Positions 54,603-64,000 of a stretch of DNA of 64,000 nt are shown piece by piece. The notes under the pieces were generated by a model, which was not told where the DNA came from, ran no database searches, and saw only the letters and a program-made list of their open reading frames with translations. Position 1 is the stretch's first letter; each line of letters starts with the position of its first letter. The DNA comes from an uncultured SAR116 cluster alpha proteobacterium (GTDB lineage Bacteria > Pseudomonadota > Alphaproteobacteria > Puniceispirillales > Marisalimonadaceae): positions 51,275 through 115,274 of the forward strand of contig CACNFD010000004.1 in NCBI GenBank assembly GCA_902619615.1. Reading direction: 5' to 3'. The translations under genes and the position numbers were made by a program.

Positions 54603-55697
54603 ATGCGTGGTTCTAATGATATAAAAATACTTGGTATTGAAACAAGTTGTGATGATACAGCAATTGGCGTGGTTACTTCAAAAAGAGATATTTTGTCTAA
54701 TGTTGTAATCAATCAAAACTCAAATTTAAATAATTATGGTGGCGTTGTACCTGAAATAGCAGCTAGGGACCATCTATCTAACTTAGATCACGCAATTAAT
54801 AGAGCATTAGAAGAATCAAAGCTAAATTTAAAAGACATTGACTTAATTGCAGCTACGGGAGGACCAGGATTAATTGGTGGCGTAATTGTAGGTACTGTAT
54901 TTGCTAAATCTTTAGCTATGTCCCTTGAAAAACCTTACGTTGCTGTCAATCATTTAGAAGGACATGCATTAACAGCTCGTTTAACAGATAATATTGAATA
55001 TCCTTATCTTCTGCTTTTAGTTTCTGGAGGCCATACTCAAATAATTGCGGTAATTGAATATGGGAAATATACAAGAATAAGTTCAACTCTAGACGATGCA
55101 GCTGGAGAAACTTTTGATAAGGCTGCAAAAATACTTGGGATTGGTTTTCCAGGCGGGCCCATAATAGAAAAAATGTCTAAAGATGGTGATCCAACCAGTT
55201 TTTATTTACCAAGACCAATGCATAAATCTAAAAATCCAAATTTTTCTTTTTCAGGCCTAAAAACAGCTTTTAATCAGATAGTAATGAAAAATAAATTAAA
55301 CAAAAAGATAATAAGTGATTTATCAGCCAGCATTCAAAAATCTATAACAGATTGTTTAATTGATAGAACAAGATTAGGAATTACAAAATTTAGGGAAATA
55401 CTAGGTAATTTATCTAATATTCAACTTGTTGTGTCAGGAGGTGTTGCTTCAAATTTATATATTAGAAAAGAATTAAAAAAACTATGTTTAGAAACAAATA
55501 GTGTCTTTTTTGCACCTCCATTAAATTTGTGCACAGATAATGGTGCTATGATTGCGTGGGCAGGCTACGAAAAGTATAATAATGAAGGTGAAAGTAATTT
55601 AAACTTTAAGCCAAGGCCAAGATGGCCATTAGATCCCAACGCACATTTAATAAACCCTATACATCATAATATTGGGAAAAGTGGAGCAAAAGCGTAA
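54603..55697 (+). CDS. tsaD: tRNA N6-adenosine threonylcarbamoyltransferase
   Basis: GIETSCDDTA, NHLEGH and VSGGVASN are present. Confidence 0.93.
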   Translation: MRGSNDIKILGIETSCDDTAIGVVTSKRDILSNVVINQNSNLNNYGGVVPEIAARDHLSNLDHAINRALEESKLNLKDIDLIAATGGPGLIGGVIVGTVFAKSLAMSLEKPYVAVNHLEGHALTARLTDNIEYPYLLLLVSGGHTQIIAVIEYGKYTRISSTLDDAAGETFDKAAKILGIGFPGGPIIEKMSKDGDPTSFYLPRPMHKSKNPNFSFSGLKTAFNQIVMKNKLNKKIISDLSASIQKSITDCLIDRTRLGITKFREILGNLSNIQLVVSGGVASNLYIRKELKKLCLETNSVFFAPPLNLCTDNGAMIAWAGYEKYNNEGESNLNFKPRPRWPLDPNAHLINPIHHNIGKSGAKA

Positions 55698-56681
55698 ATG
55701 TCAATTTATTCAAATATATGTTTTTATGGAGGTGGCGCGTGGGGACAGGCATTAGCAATAACCCTTTCCACATTAAATAATAATTCTACAATTTTAGTAT
55801 CTGATAAAACTAGAGAAACACAAATAAATAATAGTAAATCAAAAAGATTCCCTAATTTAAAATTAAGTCCTTTGATACGAGCAACTACAAATAAAGAAAA
55901 AGCCATAAAAGATAGTGATTTAATTTTTATTACCACGGAAAGCAAAAGAGTTTTATTAGCTATCGAAGAAATCTCCTCTTTTTCTAAAAACAAAATTAAT
56001 GTAATTATTACTTCAAAAGGTTTTGCAACAAAAAAAGGAAAAACGTTTAATGAAATTGTAGAAAATAAATTTCATAACATATTACTTTCTATACTAACCG
56101 GACCCACTTTTGCTGACGAAATTGCTAATAAAAAGCCTGCAGCAGCAATAGTAGCCAATAAAGATATTGATATAGCCACTTCTATTTGCGAACTATTTCA
56201 CAATTCCAATTTAAGGCTTTATCCTAGCAATGATCCAATCGGAGCGTCTATTGCTGGTGCAATAAAAAATATAATTGCTATTGGTGCTGGTATTGTTGAA
56301 GGCTTAGAATTAGGTGATAATGCTAAAGCTGCGCTTATTACTAGAGGCATTTCAGAAACATGCGAATTAATTAAAAAAGTTGGTGGAGATCATGCAACAG
56401 CCTTTGGTCTTGCTGGAATTGGAGATATGAGCTTAACATGTAGCGGTCCACATTCTAGAAATATGGCATACGGGATTGACATAATTAAAAATAATTATCA
56501 GCACCCCACACGTCTAGTAGAAGGATTAAACGCTCTAGATGCTGCTGTTGCTTTATCTAAGGATCTTAATGTAGAGCTACCAATCGTAGGAGCCATTTAT
56601 AAAATTATAAATAAAAAAGCTGATATCAATGATATCATAAAAAACTTACTTGCCAGACCAATTAAAAATGAATTTTTATAA
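55698..56681 (+). CDS. gpsA: NAD(P)H-dependent glycerol-3-phosphate dehydrogenase
   Basis: YGGGAWGQALA Rossmann motif plus GPTFADE and GAIKNIIAIGAG. It starts directly after the tsaD stop. Confidence 0.9.
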   Translation: MSIYSNICFYGGGAWGQALAITLSTLNNNSTILVSDKTRETQINNSKSKRFPNLKLSPLIRATTNKEKAIKDSDLIFITTESKRVLLAIEEISSFSKNKINVIITSKGFATKKGKTFNEIVENKFHNILLSILTGPTFADEIANKKPAAAIVANKDIDIATSICELFHNSNLRLYPSNDPIGASIAGAIKNIIAIGAGIVEGLELGDNAKAALITRGISETCELIKKVGGDHATAFGLAGIGDMSLTCSGPHSRNMAYGIDIIKNNYQHPTRLVEGLNALDAAVALSKDLNVELPIVGAIYKIINKKADINDIIKNLLARPIKNEFL

Positions 56682-56714
56682 ATCTAGTATTAAATTAATA
56701 TAACAAACAATTCT

Positions 56715-57095
56715 TCAAGATTTATTTTCTAGTTTTTTTTCTCTGTATATAAAATATAAATTTCTAGCGTATATAAACACACCAACCGACTGTCCGGCAA
56801 TTATAACAGGATCTTGTCTCCAAATTGCATAAGTTAATAAAACCAGTCCACCTGAAATTGAAAAATACCAGAAAGCTATGGGTATAATTGACCTGCCAGC
56901 ATTTTCACTGCTTATCCATTGAATGATAAAACGTGTTGCAAACAGTGCCTGCCCTCCAAAACCAATAATAATCATAATTGCTTCTGGATGATTTAATAAA
57001 TAAGGCTCCATAAATGGTAGAATAACAATTATTAACTCATTTAAAAAAATTGCACCTTTTTCTATCTGGTTTGATAAGAATGATATAAAATTCAT
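56715..57095 (-). CDS. lipid-A-disaccharide synthase N-terminal (LAB_N) domain membrane protein
   Basis: 126 aa, 3-4 TM. GQALFATRFIIQWISSE...IPIAFWYFSISGG matches the LAB_N pattern. It lies downstream of GT2 and ArnT-like genes. Confidence 0.6.
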   Translation of the reverse strand: MNFISFLSNQIEKGAIFLNELIIVILPFMEPYLLNHPEAIMIIIGFGGQALFATRFIIQWISSENAGRSIIPIAFWYFSISGGLVLLTYAIWRQDPVIIAGQSVGVFIYARNLYFIYREKKLENKS

Positions 57096-57108
57096 TACAA
57101 ATTCCTAA

Positions 57109-57840
57109 TTATTTTAAAATCTCTTTAAAAGAAGTATTTTTTGGCATTCTATTTCTTAGCCAGATTACGCCTAGCACATCAAAAAACCCAACTATTAGTC
57201 TTCCAAAATTAGTATAATTTGAAGTCCCTGCTACTCTTTTCCTATGCTTAACATTGAATTCTAAAACCTTGGCTCCCTCCCGTAAAACAAGAGTTGATAA
57301 ATATCTATGCATATGGTCAAAATAAGGTAACCTTAGATATAACTCTTTATGAAATACTTTGATACCACAACCTGAATCGGGGTGAGTATCCTTTAGCAAA
57401 ATAAATCTACAATATTTCGCAAAGGATGATGCCCATAACCTAGTAATACTATCTTTACGATTTACTCTAACTCCACCAATTAATATTAACTTATCTTTAT
57501 GGCTTTTAAGAGTATCAATCATTTTTGGAAGATCTGATGGATCATTTTGACCATCTCCATCCAAAGTTGCTATTAATGTTGAATTTGATACTTCAATACC
57601 AGTTCTTAGAGCTGCAGATTGACCATGACTATTTTTATGACTAATAACCCTTAACTTTTTATTATTTTTCAAATTATTTCTTAATTCTAATTCAGTTTCA
57701 TCGTCTGATCCATCATTTACATATATTATTTCATAATTAAACTTTTTTAAAGACTGTTGAATTTCATTTATTAGACTACTAATATTTCCTGCTTCATTTT
57801 TAACAGGAATAACCACAGATATTTCAGTTGTTTTAGACAT
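57109..57840 (-). CDS. GT2 polyprenyl-phosphate glycosyltransferase (ArnC/dolichyl-phosphate mannose synthase-like)
   Basis: ATG 57840 gives MSKTTEISVVIPVKNEAGNI. DGSDD and LDGDGQNDP (DxD) are present. Confidence 0.8.
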   Translation of the reverse strand: MSKTTEISVVIPVKNEAGNISSLINEIQQSLKKFNYEIIYVNDGSDDETELELRNNLKNNKKLRVISHKNSHGQSAALRTGIEVSNSTLIATLDGDGQNDPSDLPKMIDTLKSHKDKLILIGGVRVNRKDSITRLWASSFAKYCRFILLKDTHPDSGCGIKVFHKELYLRLPYFDHMHRYLSTLVLREGAKVLEFNVKHRKRVAGTSNYTNFGRLIVGFFDVLGVIWLRNRMPKNTSFKEILK

Positions 57841-57884
57841 ATTTAATATTGCAATAATTGAATATATAGCAATCAATAGCTATT

Positions 57885-59612
57885 TTAATTAGCAAGGTCA
57901 AACAATTGATTTTGAAAAATGTATATTTCTACATGTCTTCCTTTAGCTATATTAAAACCTTTTACTATAGATATTTCTTTTAATTTTAAATTTAGGTCGT
58001 TTGTTGTTTCTAAGAATTGTTTTAGATCACTTTTTTCTATTAACGCTGTATTGTTTTTGCCCTCTGCCATAAAAATAGCAACTTCGTGCGGACTAGATAA
58101 TAAAACATTTCCATTTAATAAAAAAACAAGACTTGGTTCATGATAACCTGAGGATGCAATGGCATCAGTCTTAACTTTTGCTAATTTATTTATAATTGTT
58201 TTACTTGGATATAAATAGTCTAGTTTAGGTAAAACAAAATTGTAATTAATAATGTTAAAAATTGACCCAAGAGCAATTATTGCCAATAAAACATTAGAAA
58301 AATTTTTACCAATATCTAGATATAAAATTTTGAAATTAAAAATCAAAGTAAGGGACAAAATAAAAATTACAATTCCAATTATGACAAGTAATATTGTGAG
58401 AAATGTTAAAATAATATCATTTTCAATATTAAAATTAGAAGATATGTAAAAGATACCTCCACTTAAAATAATTCCTCCAAAGCTAAATAAAACACAAGAA
58501 AAATAGGTAATTTTTTGAAGTATAACATTTTTAATTTTTTTAATATTTGACTTGAACTGGAATATTCCACCTATAGCAAGAATTGCAATTGCTGGCAAAA
58601 CTGGAAGAGTATAATGGAAAAGTTTTGTTGGAATTATTTCAATAACAATCCAAAAAGGTAAAATCCAACAGATTAAAAATCTTATAATCATATTAGCTTT
58701 GTTTTGTATACAAAATAAAATTAAACAAGGTAAGAAAGTTGCAATAGGCCAGATTGAAATTGATAATGTCAACAAATGAGTTCCAGGCCAAGCACCATGA
58801 CCTTCTTGACCACTCTTCAATTTACTAAAAAAGTCTTCTTCAAAAGCTTTTTGTAAAAACATTCCGTTTGTTTCTTCATCAATTGCAAAAAACCAAGGCA
58901 GAATGACTAAAGAACAAATTAAAAAACCTAAAATGGGTCTTAGAGATTTTATAAGATTTATAGATTTGTGAATTATAGAAAAGGAGATAACTGTAAGAAA
59001 CAGTATAGCTATTGAAAGAGGACCTTTTACCAAAATTCCAAAGGAAAAAGCTAGCCATACTATTGTTGGGTAAAGGTATTTAACTTTGTAAGTATTATCT
59101 CTATCCAAAATTATTTTAAGTAAAAAATATTGCTGAACACAAATTAAACACAAAAGAGTAGCGTCAGTTTTGGCTAAATGAGCTTCTCCCATAAATACAA
59201 TTGATGATGCAAATAGTAATGTTACTATAAGGGTCTGATAAAGCGGGAAAATCAATCTAGTTATTAAACCAACAAAAACTAATGTTACAATAGAGCTTAA
59301 TAAAGATGGTATTCTATACGACCCAATATTTTCCTGACCAAATATTTTTGCTGAAATTGCTTGAAGCCAATAGATACCAATTGGTTTCTTTGCCCTAATT
59401 TCATCTTGAAATTTTATATTTACGTAATCACCACTTTGAATCATTTGACTGCTAGCTTGAGCAAAACGGGCTTCATCCCGATCTATAGGAGGTATTGAGT
59501 ATTGCCCAGAGAAAAGAGCTAAAATTATTAAAATAATCAATGAACCTAAAATTAAAAAATTTAATTTTTTTAATTTTTTAAAAAATTCTGAAAATTCTAA
59601 AATATTTTTCAT
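57885..59612 (-). CDS. ArnT/PMT-family (GT39/GT83) membrane glycosyltransferase
   Basis: 575 aa, more than 10 TM. The first periplasmic loop DRDEARFAQASSQMIQSGDY...KKPIGIYWLQA is typical of ArnT-like enzymes. Confidence 0.8.
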   Translation of the reverse strand: MKNILEFSEFFKKLKKLNFLILGSLIILIILALFSGQYSIPPIDRDEARFAQASSQMIQSGDYVNIKFQDEIRAKKPIGIYWLQAISAKIFGQENIGSYRIPSLLSSIVTLVFVGLITRLIFPLYQTLIVTLLFASSIVFMGEAHLAKTDATLLCLICVQQYFLLKIILDRDNTYKVKYLYPTIVWLAFSFGILVKGPLSIAILFLTVISFSIIHKSINLIKSLRPILGFLICSLVILPWFFAIDEETNGMFLQKAFEEDFFSKLKSGQEGHGAWPGTHLLTLSISIWPIATFLPCLILFCIQNKANMIIRFLICWILPFWIVIEIIPTKLFHYTLPVLPAIAILAIGGIFQFKSNIKKIKNVILQKITYFSCVLFSFGGIILSGGIFYISSNFNIENDIILTFLTILLVIIGIVIFILSLTLIFNFKILYLDIGKNFSNVLLAIIALGSIFNIINYNFVLPKLDYLYPSKTIINKLAKVKTDAIASSGYHEPSLVFLLNGNVLLSSPHEVAIFMAEGKNNTALIEKSDLKQFLETTNDLNLKLKEISIVKGFNIAKGRHVEIYIFQNQLFDLAN

Positions 59613-59696
59613 TTCTTCAACTTTTACATTAATTTAGAAATATCATATTTTGATAGTAATGTTATAATTTAAATCTTAGTACAAGGTAATTAAATA

Positions 59697-61160
59697 ATGG
59701 TATATAATTTTAATGAGATTCTAGATGGATTTTGTGAAAATAAAAAAATAAAATCAATTCCTCTTTATCTTTTCAAAGATATAAAAAGCTTAAATTCAAC
59801 TAACTTAATATCAGAAAAACAAAAAAAATTTTTAAATACAAGTTTTGCACTAGACTTGCAGCATTTCGGATTTTTCCCAGATGAACAATTTGTTCTTGGT
59901 GGAGCAATTGCAATAGTTAAAAAATCCCTTGAACCAAAAGAAAGCTTAATTGACCAAGCAGCTTATCTATCACAAAAACTTCCAAAGAGAAAATGGAGTG
60001 TTCAGTTTGTTGACGAATTTGACAATTTTGACAAGTTAAACTTTATTTTAGGATGGGGGTTAGCGTTCTATAATTTTTCCATAAAAAAAATAAACAAAAA
60101 TTCTTATGAAAATCAGGCATTATGCTTATCTGAATGTAGAAAGGAAGTTTCAAAAAATTCATTAGAAAACTGCTTTGCAGAAATTCGAGGTATTTTTCTA
60201 GCAAGAGATTTGATAAATCTGCCACCAAATATTCTAACACCTTTTAACTACGAAAAAGTAATTAAAAAATCATTTAAAAAATTTTCGCCTAAAATTTTAA
60301 CATACAAAGACAAACAACTAGAAAAGAATTTTCCCTTAGTAGATTTAGTTGGCAGATCTTCCGAAAACAAACCTGTGCTAATTGACCTTCAATGGAATAA
60401 AAATAAAAAAAATAATTACCCTAACATTGTTTTAGTTGGTAAGGGAGTTACGTTTGATAGTGGTGGTTTAGATATAAAACCATCCAAAAGTATGTTATTA
60501 ATGAAAAAAGATATGGGTGGTAGTGCAGTAGTTCTAGGCATAGCTTATGTATTAATGTCCATAAATTGTCCTATTAATATAAGAGTAATATTACCACTTG
60601 CTGAGAATTCAGTCTCCGAAAAGTCTATGAGACCATTAGATATTGTTTATTCAAGAAACCAAACACCCGTTGAAATCGGTAACACTGATGCTGAAGGTAG
60701 ACTATTACTTGCCGACGCACTCACTTATTGTCAGGAGGATAAAGTAAAAAGTGATTTTATTATAGATTTTGCAACATTAACTGGTGCCGCAAGAGTGGCT
60801 TTAGGCACAGAATTACCCGCATTATTTACAAATAATGATAAATTAGGTGAAGATATTATAAATGAAGGTGCAAAACAAATTGACCCAATGTGGAGATTAC
60901 CTTTATTCAACCCTTATAATAAACAACTTGATAAAAATAATAATGCAATAAGTAGTACAGGCTCATCAGGAACAGGCGGTGCAATAACAGCAGCATTATT
61001 TCTAAATAGATTTATTAATAAACATACAAATTGGGCACATATTGATTTAATGGCTTGGAATACATCATCACGACCAGGATTTCCTGTGGGTGGAGAGGCT
61101 ATGGGATTAAGGACTATAGTAAATATGATTATGAAATATTGTTCAAAAAGTAAACTTTAA
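59697..61160 (+). CDS. pepA: leucyl aminopeptidase (M17 family)
   Basis: VGKGVTFDSGG, KKDMGGSA and NTDAEGRLLLAD are present. Confidence 0.88.
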   Translation: MVYNFNEILDGFCENKKIKSIPLYLFKDIKSLNSTNLISEKQKKFLNTSFALDLQHFGFFPDEQFVLGGAIAIVKKSLEPKESLIDQAAYLSQKLPKRKWSVQFVDEFDNFDKLNFILGWGLAFYNFSIKKINKNSYENQALCLSECRKEVSKNSLENCFAEIRGIFLARDLINLPPNILTPFNYEKVIKKSFKKFSPKILTYKDKQLEKNFPLVDLVGRSSENKPVLIDLQWNKNKKNNYPNIVLVGKGVTFDSGGLDIKPSKSMLLMKKDMGGSAVVLGIAYVLMSINCPINIRVILPLAENSVSEKSMRPLDIVYSRNQTPVEIGNTDAEGRLLLADALTYCQEDKVKSDFIIDFATLTGAARVALGTELPALFTNNDKLGEDIINEGAKQIDPMWRLPLFNPYNKQLDKNNNAISSTGSSGTGGAITAALFLNRFINKHTNWAHIDLMAWNTSSRPGFPVGGEAMGLRTIVNMIMKYCSKSKL

Positions 61161-61161
61161 A

Positions 61162-61953
61162 TTAATTCAAAATTTTAATTGCTGTGTCATAAATATTCTT
61201 GTCTCTTGCAACAACTACAGAGTACTTACTTAGTAAATCATTTCTTAAATTAATTTCGTTAGATTTCCAGTCAGATACAATAATGTTTTTTGCTTTTAAT
61301 ATCGGTATCAATGGTAAGATATCATATGAAGAAAGACCCTCTTCAATTACTAAATCCAAACCTCCTTTAATTACCAAACAATAATTATGACAATCTCCTG
61401 ACCAGACATGATACTTAGATTTTTTTATCAAAGTTTCATATTTTTGTTTACCAATATCAGAAAACAAATGTGGACCTGTAGAGGCAACTGTTGCTTCAGA
61501 TATGCTGGTGATAGATTTATAATCTGTTATAAAAGATGAATTATTAAGTAAACACCTATTTTTATAGCCAATCCATCTTTCATTCAAGGCAGGAAAATCA
61601 GCCATACCAATTATAGGCTCCCCTTTAAATGCAAGAGATATTAATGTGCCCCATAAAGGCCTTCCAATAATATAACTTCGTGTTCCATCTATTGGATCTA
61701 TAATCCAAGTATAATCTGAATTATTTGATGCAAGCCCCATCTCTTCAGCAAATATATTATGATTAGGAAATTTGGCTGTAATGGTTTCTCTTATTATCTT
61801 TTCAGCATTTATATCATAGTCAGTTACAGGACTTCCATCATCTTTAACTTTTAAAGTTAGATTTGAGTTAAAACCTTCTAAAGTTATAACTTTTGAACGA
61901 TCAGCTAATAAATTCATAAAATCTGAAATTTCAATAAATTCAGCTTCGTTCAT
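61162..61953 (-). CDS. inositol monophosphatase family protein, probably histidinol-phosphatase (HisN-type)
   Basis: AEEMG, WIIDPIDGTRSYI and WGTLISL are present. The length of 263 aa fits HisN of alphaproteobacteria. Confidence 0.7.
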   Translation of the reverse strand: MNEAEFIEISDFMNLLADRSKVITLEGFNSNLTLKVKDDGSPVTDYDINAEKIIRETITAKFPNHNIFAEEMGLASNNSDYTWIIDPIDGTRSYIIGRPLWGTLISLAFKGEPIIGMADFPALNERWIGYKNRCLLNNSSFITDYKSITSISEATVASTGPHLFSDIGKQKYETLIKKSKYHVWSGDCHNYCLVIKGGLDLVIEEGLSSYDILPLIPILKAKNIIVSDWKSNEINLRNDLLSKYSVVVARDKNIYDTAIKILN

Positions 61954-61997
61954 TCAAGCAACCTTTTCAAAAGGGATATTTTTCATTTATATTTTAT

Positions 61998-62531
61998 CTA
62001 TGGTAAGGCAACAGGATTATCGCTCTTTGTTCTTAACCACGCGATAAGATCAGCTCTATCTTTTGTTTTTGACAAACCTGCATAATTCATTTTAGTACCT
62101 TTATAAAACAGCTTTGGTTTATATAAAAACTTATTAAGCTCTTCGTAAGTCCATTTTCCAGATAATGATGCTAAAGTTTTTGAATAAGCATAGTCTGCTT
62201 TGCCTTGATCCTTGTTAACGATGTTATAGAGATTAGGTCCTACTTTATTAGCTCCTCCAGCATCAAATCCATGGCAAGCAACACATTTTTTAGAAATTTT
62301 CTGACCACTCTCAATATCAGCATTAGCCAAAAGAGCAAGTATTGGTTCAACTACTATTTCTTTAGTTTCTTTTATTTTAGTTTCAGCTTTTTCAGGAACT
62401 TCTATTGGATATGCATTTGATAATTCGGTATCAGGACTAACAAGTAAGTTACCAATCTTTCCGAAGATCATTATCAATAAAACACCTGACAATAGTGCTG
62501 CTGCTATTTTATTAAATTTCAATGCGTCCAT
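61998..62531 (-). CDS. membrane-anchored class I cytochrome c (CycM-like)
   Basis: N-terminal TM anchor, heme motif CVACHG, and a C-terminal KMNYAGL (Met ligand region). Confidence 0.8.
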   Translation of the reverse strand: MDALKFNKIAAALLSGVLLIMIFGKIGNLLVSPDTELSNAYPIEVPEKAETKIKETKEIVVEPILALLANADIESGQKISKKCVACHGFDAGGANKVGPNLYNIVNKDQGKADYAYSKTLASLSGKWTYEELNKFLYKPKLFYKGTKMNYAGLSKTKDRADLIAWLRTKSDNPVALP

Positions 62532-62674
62532 AAATTAATCCACAAATAAAAATTTTAATAAATAATTATTTACATGCAAGAAATGCTTTCTTCAAGTATA
62601 AAAGTTAAAAAGGGTAATAAATTATTTCCAAGAAATTTTAAATATAATTTAATAAAATTCATGGAGCTTTAAAA

Positions 62675-63433
62675 TTGAAATATACTGATACCATTATTAT
62701 GATACCTGCTAGAATAGGTTCATCAAGACTCCCTCAAAAACCTCTTCTTAAAATCAATGGTATCCCATTAATAATTCATGCATACAATTGTGCAAAAAAT
62801 GCAAAATTAAATGTTCCAGTTGTTGTAGCAACTGATGATAAGTTAATTTTAGAAACTGTGAATGATTGGGGGGGAACTGCATTAATGACTTCTCATCAAC
62901 ATGAAAGTGGGTCAGATAGAATATTAGAGGCTCTGGAAAAATTTGATCCTGAAAAAAAATACAAAAATATTATCCATCTGCAAGGCGATCTTCCAAATAT
63001 TTCAGGAGATTTAATTCAAAAGTTAGCTCAGGTAGCTAATGATCCATTGAAGGAAATCACAACCGTTATTGTAAAAGCTTCTCCTGACGAATTTGACAAC
63101 CCATCAGTTGTTAAAGTAGCAGCAACTTTCAAAAAAGATAACCCAAAAATAGATGATGTTGGAAGGGCGTTATATTTCAGTAGAGCTTGCATTCCAACAG
63201 GAAGTGAAAATATTTGGCATCATATCGGCATTTATGCTTGGCGAAGAAATATATTAGAAAAATTTGTAAAATTAAAACCTTCTCCTCTGGAAAAATCAGA
63301 AAAACTTGAACAACTTCGTGCACTTGAATCAGGAATACAAATACACACAATTATTACATCTGAACATCCCATTGGAGTGGATACTAGATCAGATTTGAAT
63401 AAAGCAGAAAATTATTTTAAAGACTTAGTTTAG
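62675..63433 (+). CDS. kdsB: 3-deoxy-manno-octulosonate cytidylyltransferase
   Basis: MIPARIGSSRLPQKPL, SGSDR and IHLQGDLP are present. The track start is TTG. Confidence 0.9.
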   Translation: MKYTDTIIMIPARIGSSRLPQKPLLKINGIPLIIHAYNCAKNAKLNVPVVVATDDKLILETVNDWGGTALMTSHQHESGSDRILEALEKFDPEKKYKNIIHLQGDLPNISGDLIQKLAQVANDPLKEITTVIVKASPDEFDNPSVVKVAATFKKDNPKIDDVGRALYFSRACIPTGSENIWHHIGIYAWRRNILEKFVKLKPSPLEKSEKLEQLRALESGIQIHTIITSEHPIGVDTRSDLNKAENYFKDLV

Positions 63434-63476
63434 TTATTCATATAATAAAATAAAACAAACTAAATAGAGATAAAAA

Positions 63477-64000
63477 ATGAATGATAAAAGTAAACCTATA
63501 ATTGCTTTTCAAGGTATGGCTGGAGCATATTCAAATATGGCATGTGAGGCTTATTTTCCCAACTCTGAAACTCTTCCATGCACTTCATTTGAAGACATGC
63601 TTAACTCAACTAAAAATGGCGAATCAGATTATGCAATGGTTCCTGTAGAAAATTCTTTGGCAGGGAGGGTTGCAGACATTCATCATTTAATACCAGAAAG
63701 TGGATTATTTATAGTTGGTGAACATTTTCAGAGAGTAAACCATCAATTACTAGGACTTAAAACTTCTAAACTAGAAGATCTGAAATATATTAAAAGTCAT
63801 GCACAAGGACTTGCTCAATGTAGAAAATTTATAAATAAACAAGGTCTAATTCCAATACAGCATATAGATACTGCTGGAGCAGCAGAAGAAGTTTCAAGAT
63901 TGGAAGATCCTAAAATTGCTGCAATAGCTTCAAACATGGCAGCAAAAATCTATGATCTTAAAATTTTAAAAAATAATATTGAAGATGCAGAACATAATAC
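63477..64000 (+). CDS. pheA: prephenate dehydratase; C-terminus cut by window edge
   Basis: Not in the ORF track. My translation from ATG 63477 reads MNDKSKPIIAFQGMAGAYSNMA...YAMVPVENSLAGRV...SHAQGLAQC, which carries PDT-domain motifs. Confidence 0.85.
   Translation, partial: MNDKSKPIIAFQGMAGAYSNMACEAYFPNSETLPCTSFEDMLNSTKNGESDYAMVPVENSLAGRVADIHHLIPESGLFIVGEHFQRVNHQLLGLKTSKLEDLKYIKSHAQGLAQCRKFINKQGLIPIQHIDTAGAAEEVSRLEDPKIAAIASNMAAKIYDLKILKNNIEDAEHN

Noticed and set aside
1-64000. Search for tRNA or rRNA genes, CRISPR repeats, IS elements, integrases, prophage genes and toxin-antitoxin or defence-system genes.
   Set aside because: I found no cloverleaf-like GC-rich segment, no regularly spaced direct repeats, and no ORF with recombinase, transposase, nuclease or defence-ATPase features. 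Nearly every ORF of substantial size has a metabolic, envelope or housekeeping assignment.

Overview
This is an AT-rich, very gene-dense window. Most intergenic spacers are under 100 bp, and many stop and start codons abut or overlap. Gene content and synteny match a streamlined marine alphaproteobacterium, most plausibly SAR11/Pelagibacterales-like: proC-ybjN-ubiK / lgt-pgeF-prs-rplY-pth-ychF, petABC, hemF, hemC-hemD-mic60-like-hemY-like, tsaD-gpsA, kdsB-pheA. That assignment is inferred from composition and gene order and cannot be verified here. I found no rRNA, tRNA, CRISPR array, transposase, integrase or phage gene. Housekeeping flanks (1-23 kb and 49.4-64 kb) bracket a block of about 25 kb (24.0-49.4 kb) made only of catabolic enzymes and transporters. 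This block splits into three modules. (A) A tightly packed seven-gene minus-strand operon holds a cobalt-type nitrile hydratase (alpha, beta, accessory), two Zn alcohol dehydrogenases, an isocitrate-lyase/PEP-mutase-family enzyme and a stand-alone AceE-like ThDP E1 protein. It has no amidase and is divergent from an Lrp/AsnC regulator. (B) A TRAP transporter carrying an extra fourth membrane protein is followed, across an intrinsic terminator, by a 3-hydroxyacyl-CoA/L-carnitine-dehydrogenase-like gene, a BKACE beta-keto-acid cleavage enzyme and an SDR. (C) A divergent eight-gene locus has a uronate-dehydrogenase-like enzyme, DMT and MFS transporters, an HSL-type esterase, a DHDPS-family enzyme, a PhyH dioxygenase and a YtoQ protein. 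Three smaller oddities stand out. A glutathione S-transferase gene is interrupted by a single in-frame TAG. hemD has 75 N-terminal codons upstream of its first ATG, with no canonical start codon and a candidate AUU start. A Mic60 (mitofilin)-like gene sits inside the hem cluster. All functional calls come from my own reading of the translated ORFs (motifs and remembered family features). No database search was run.
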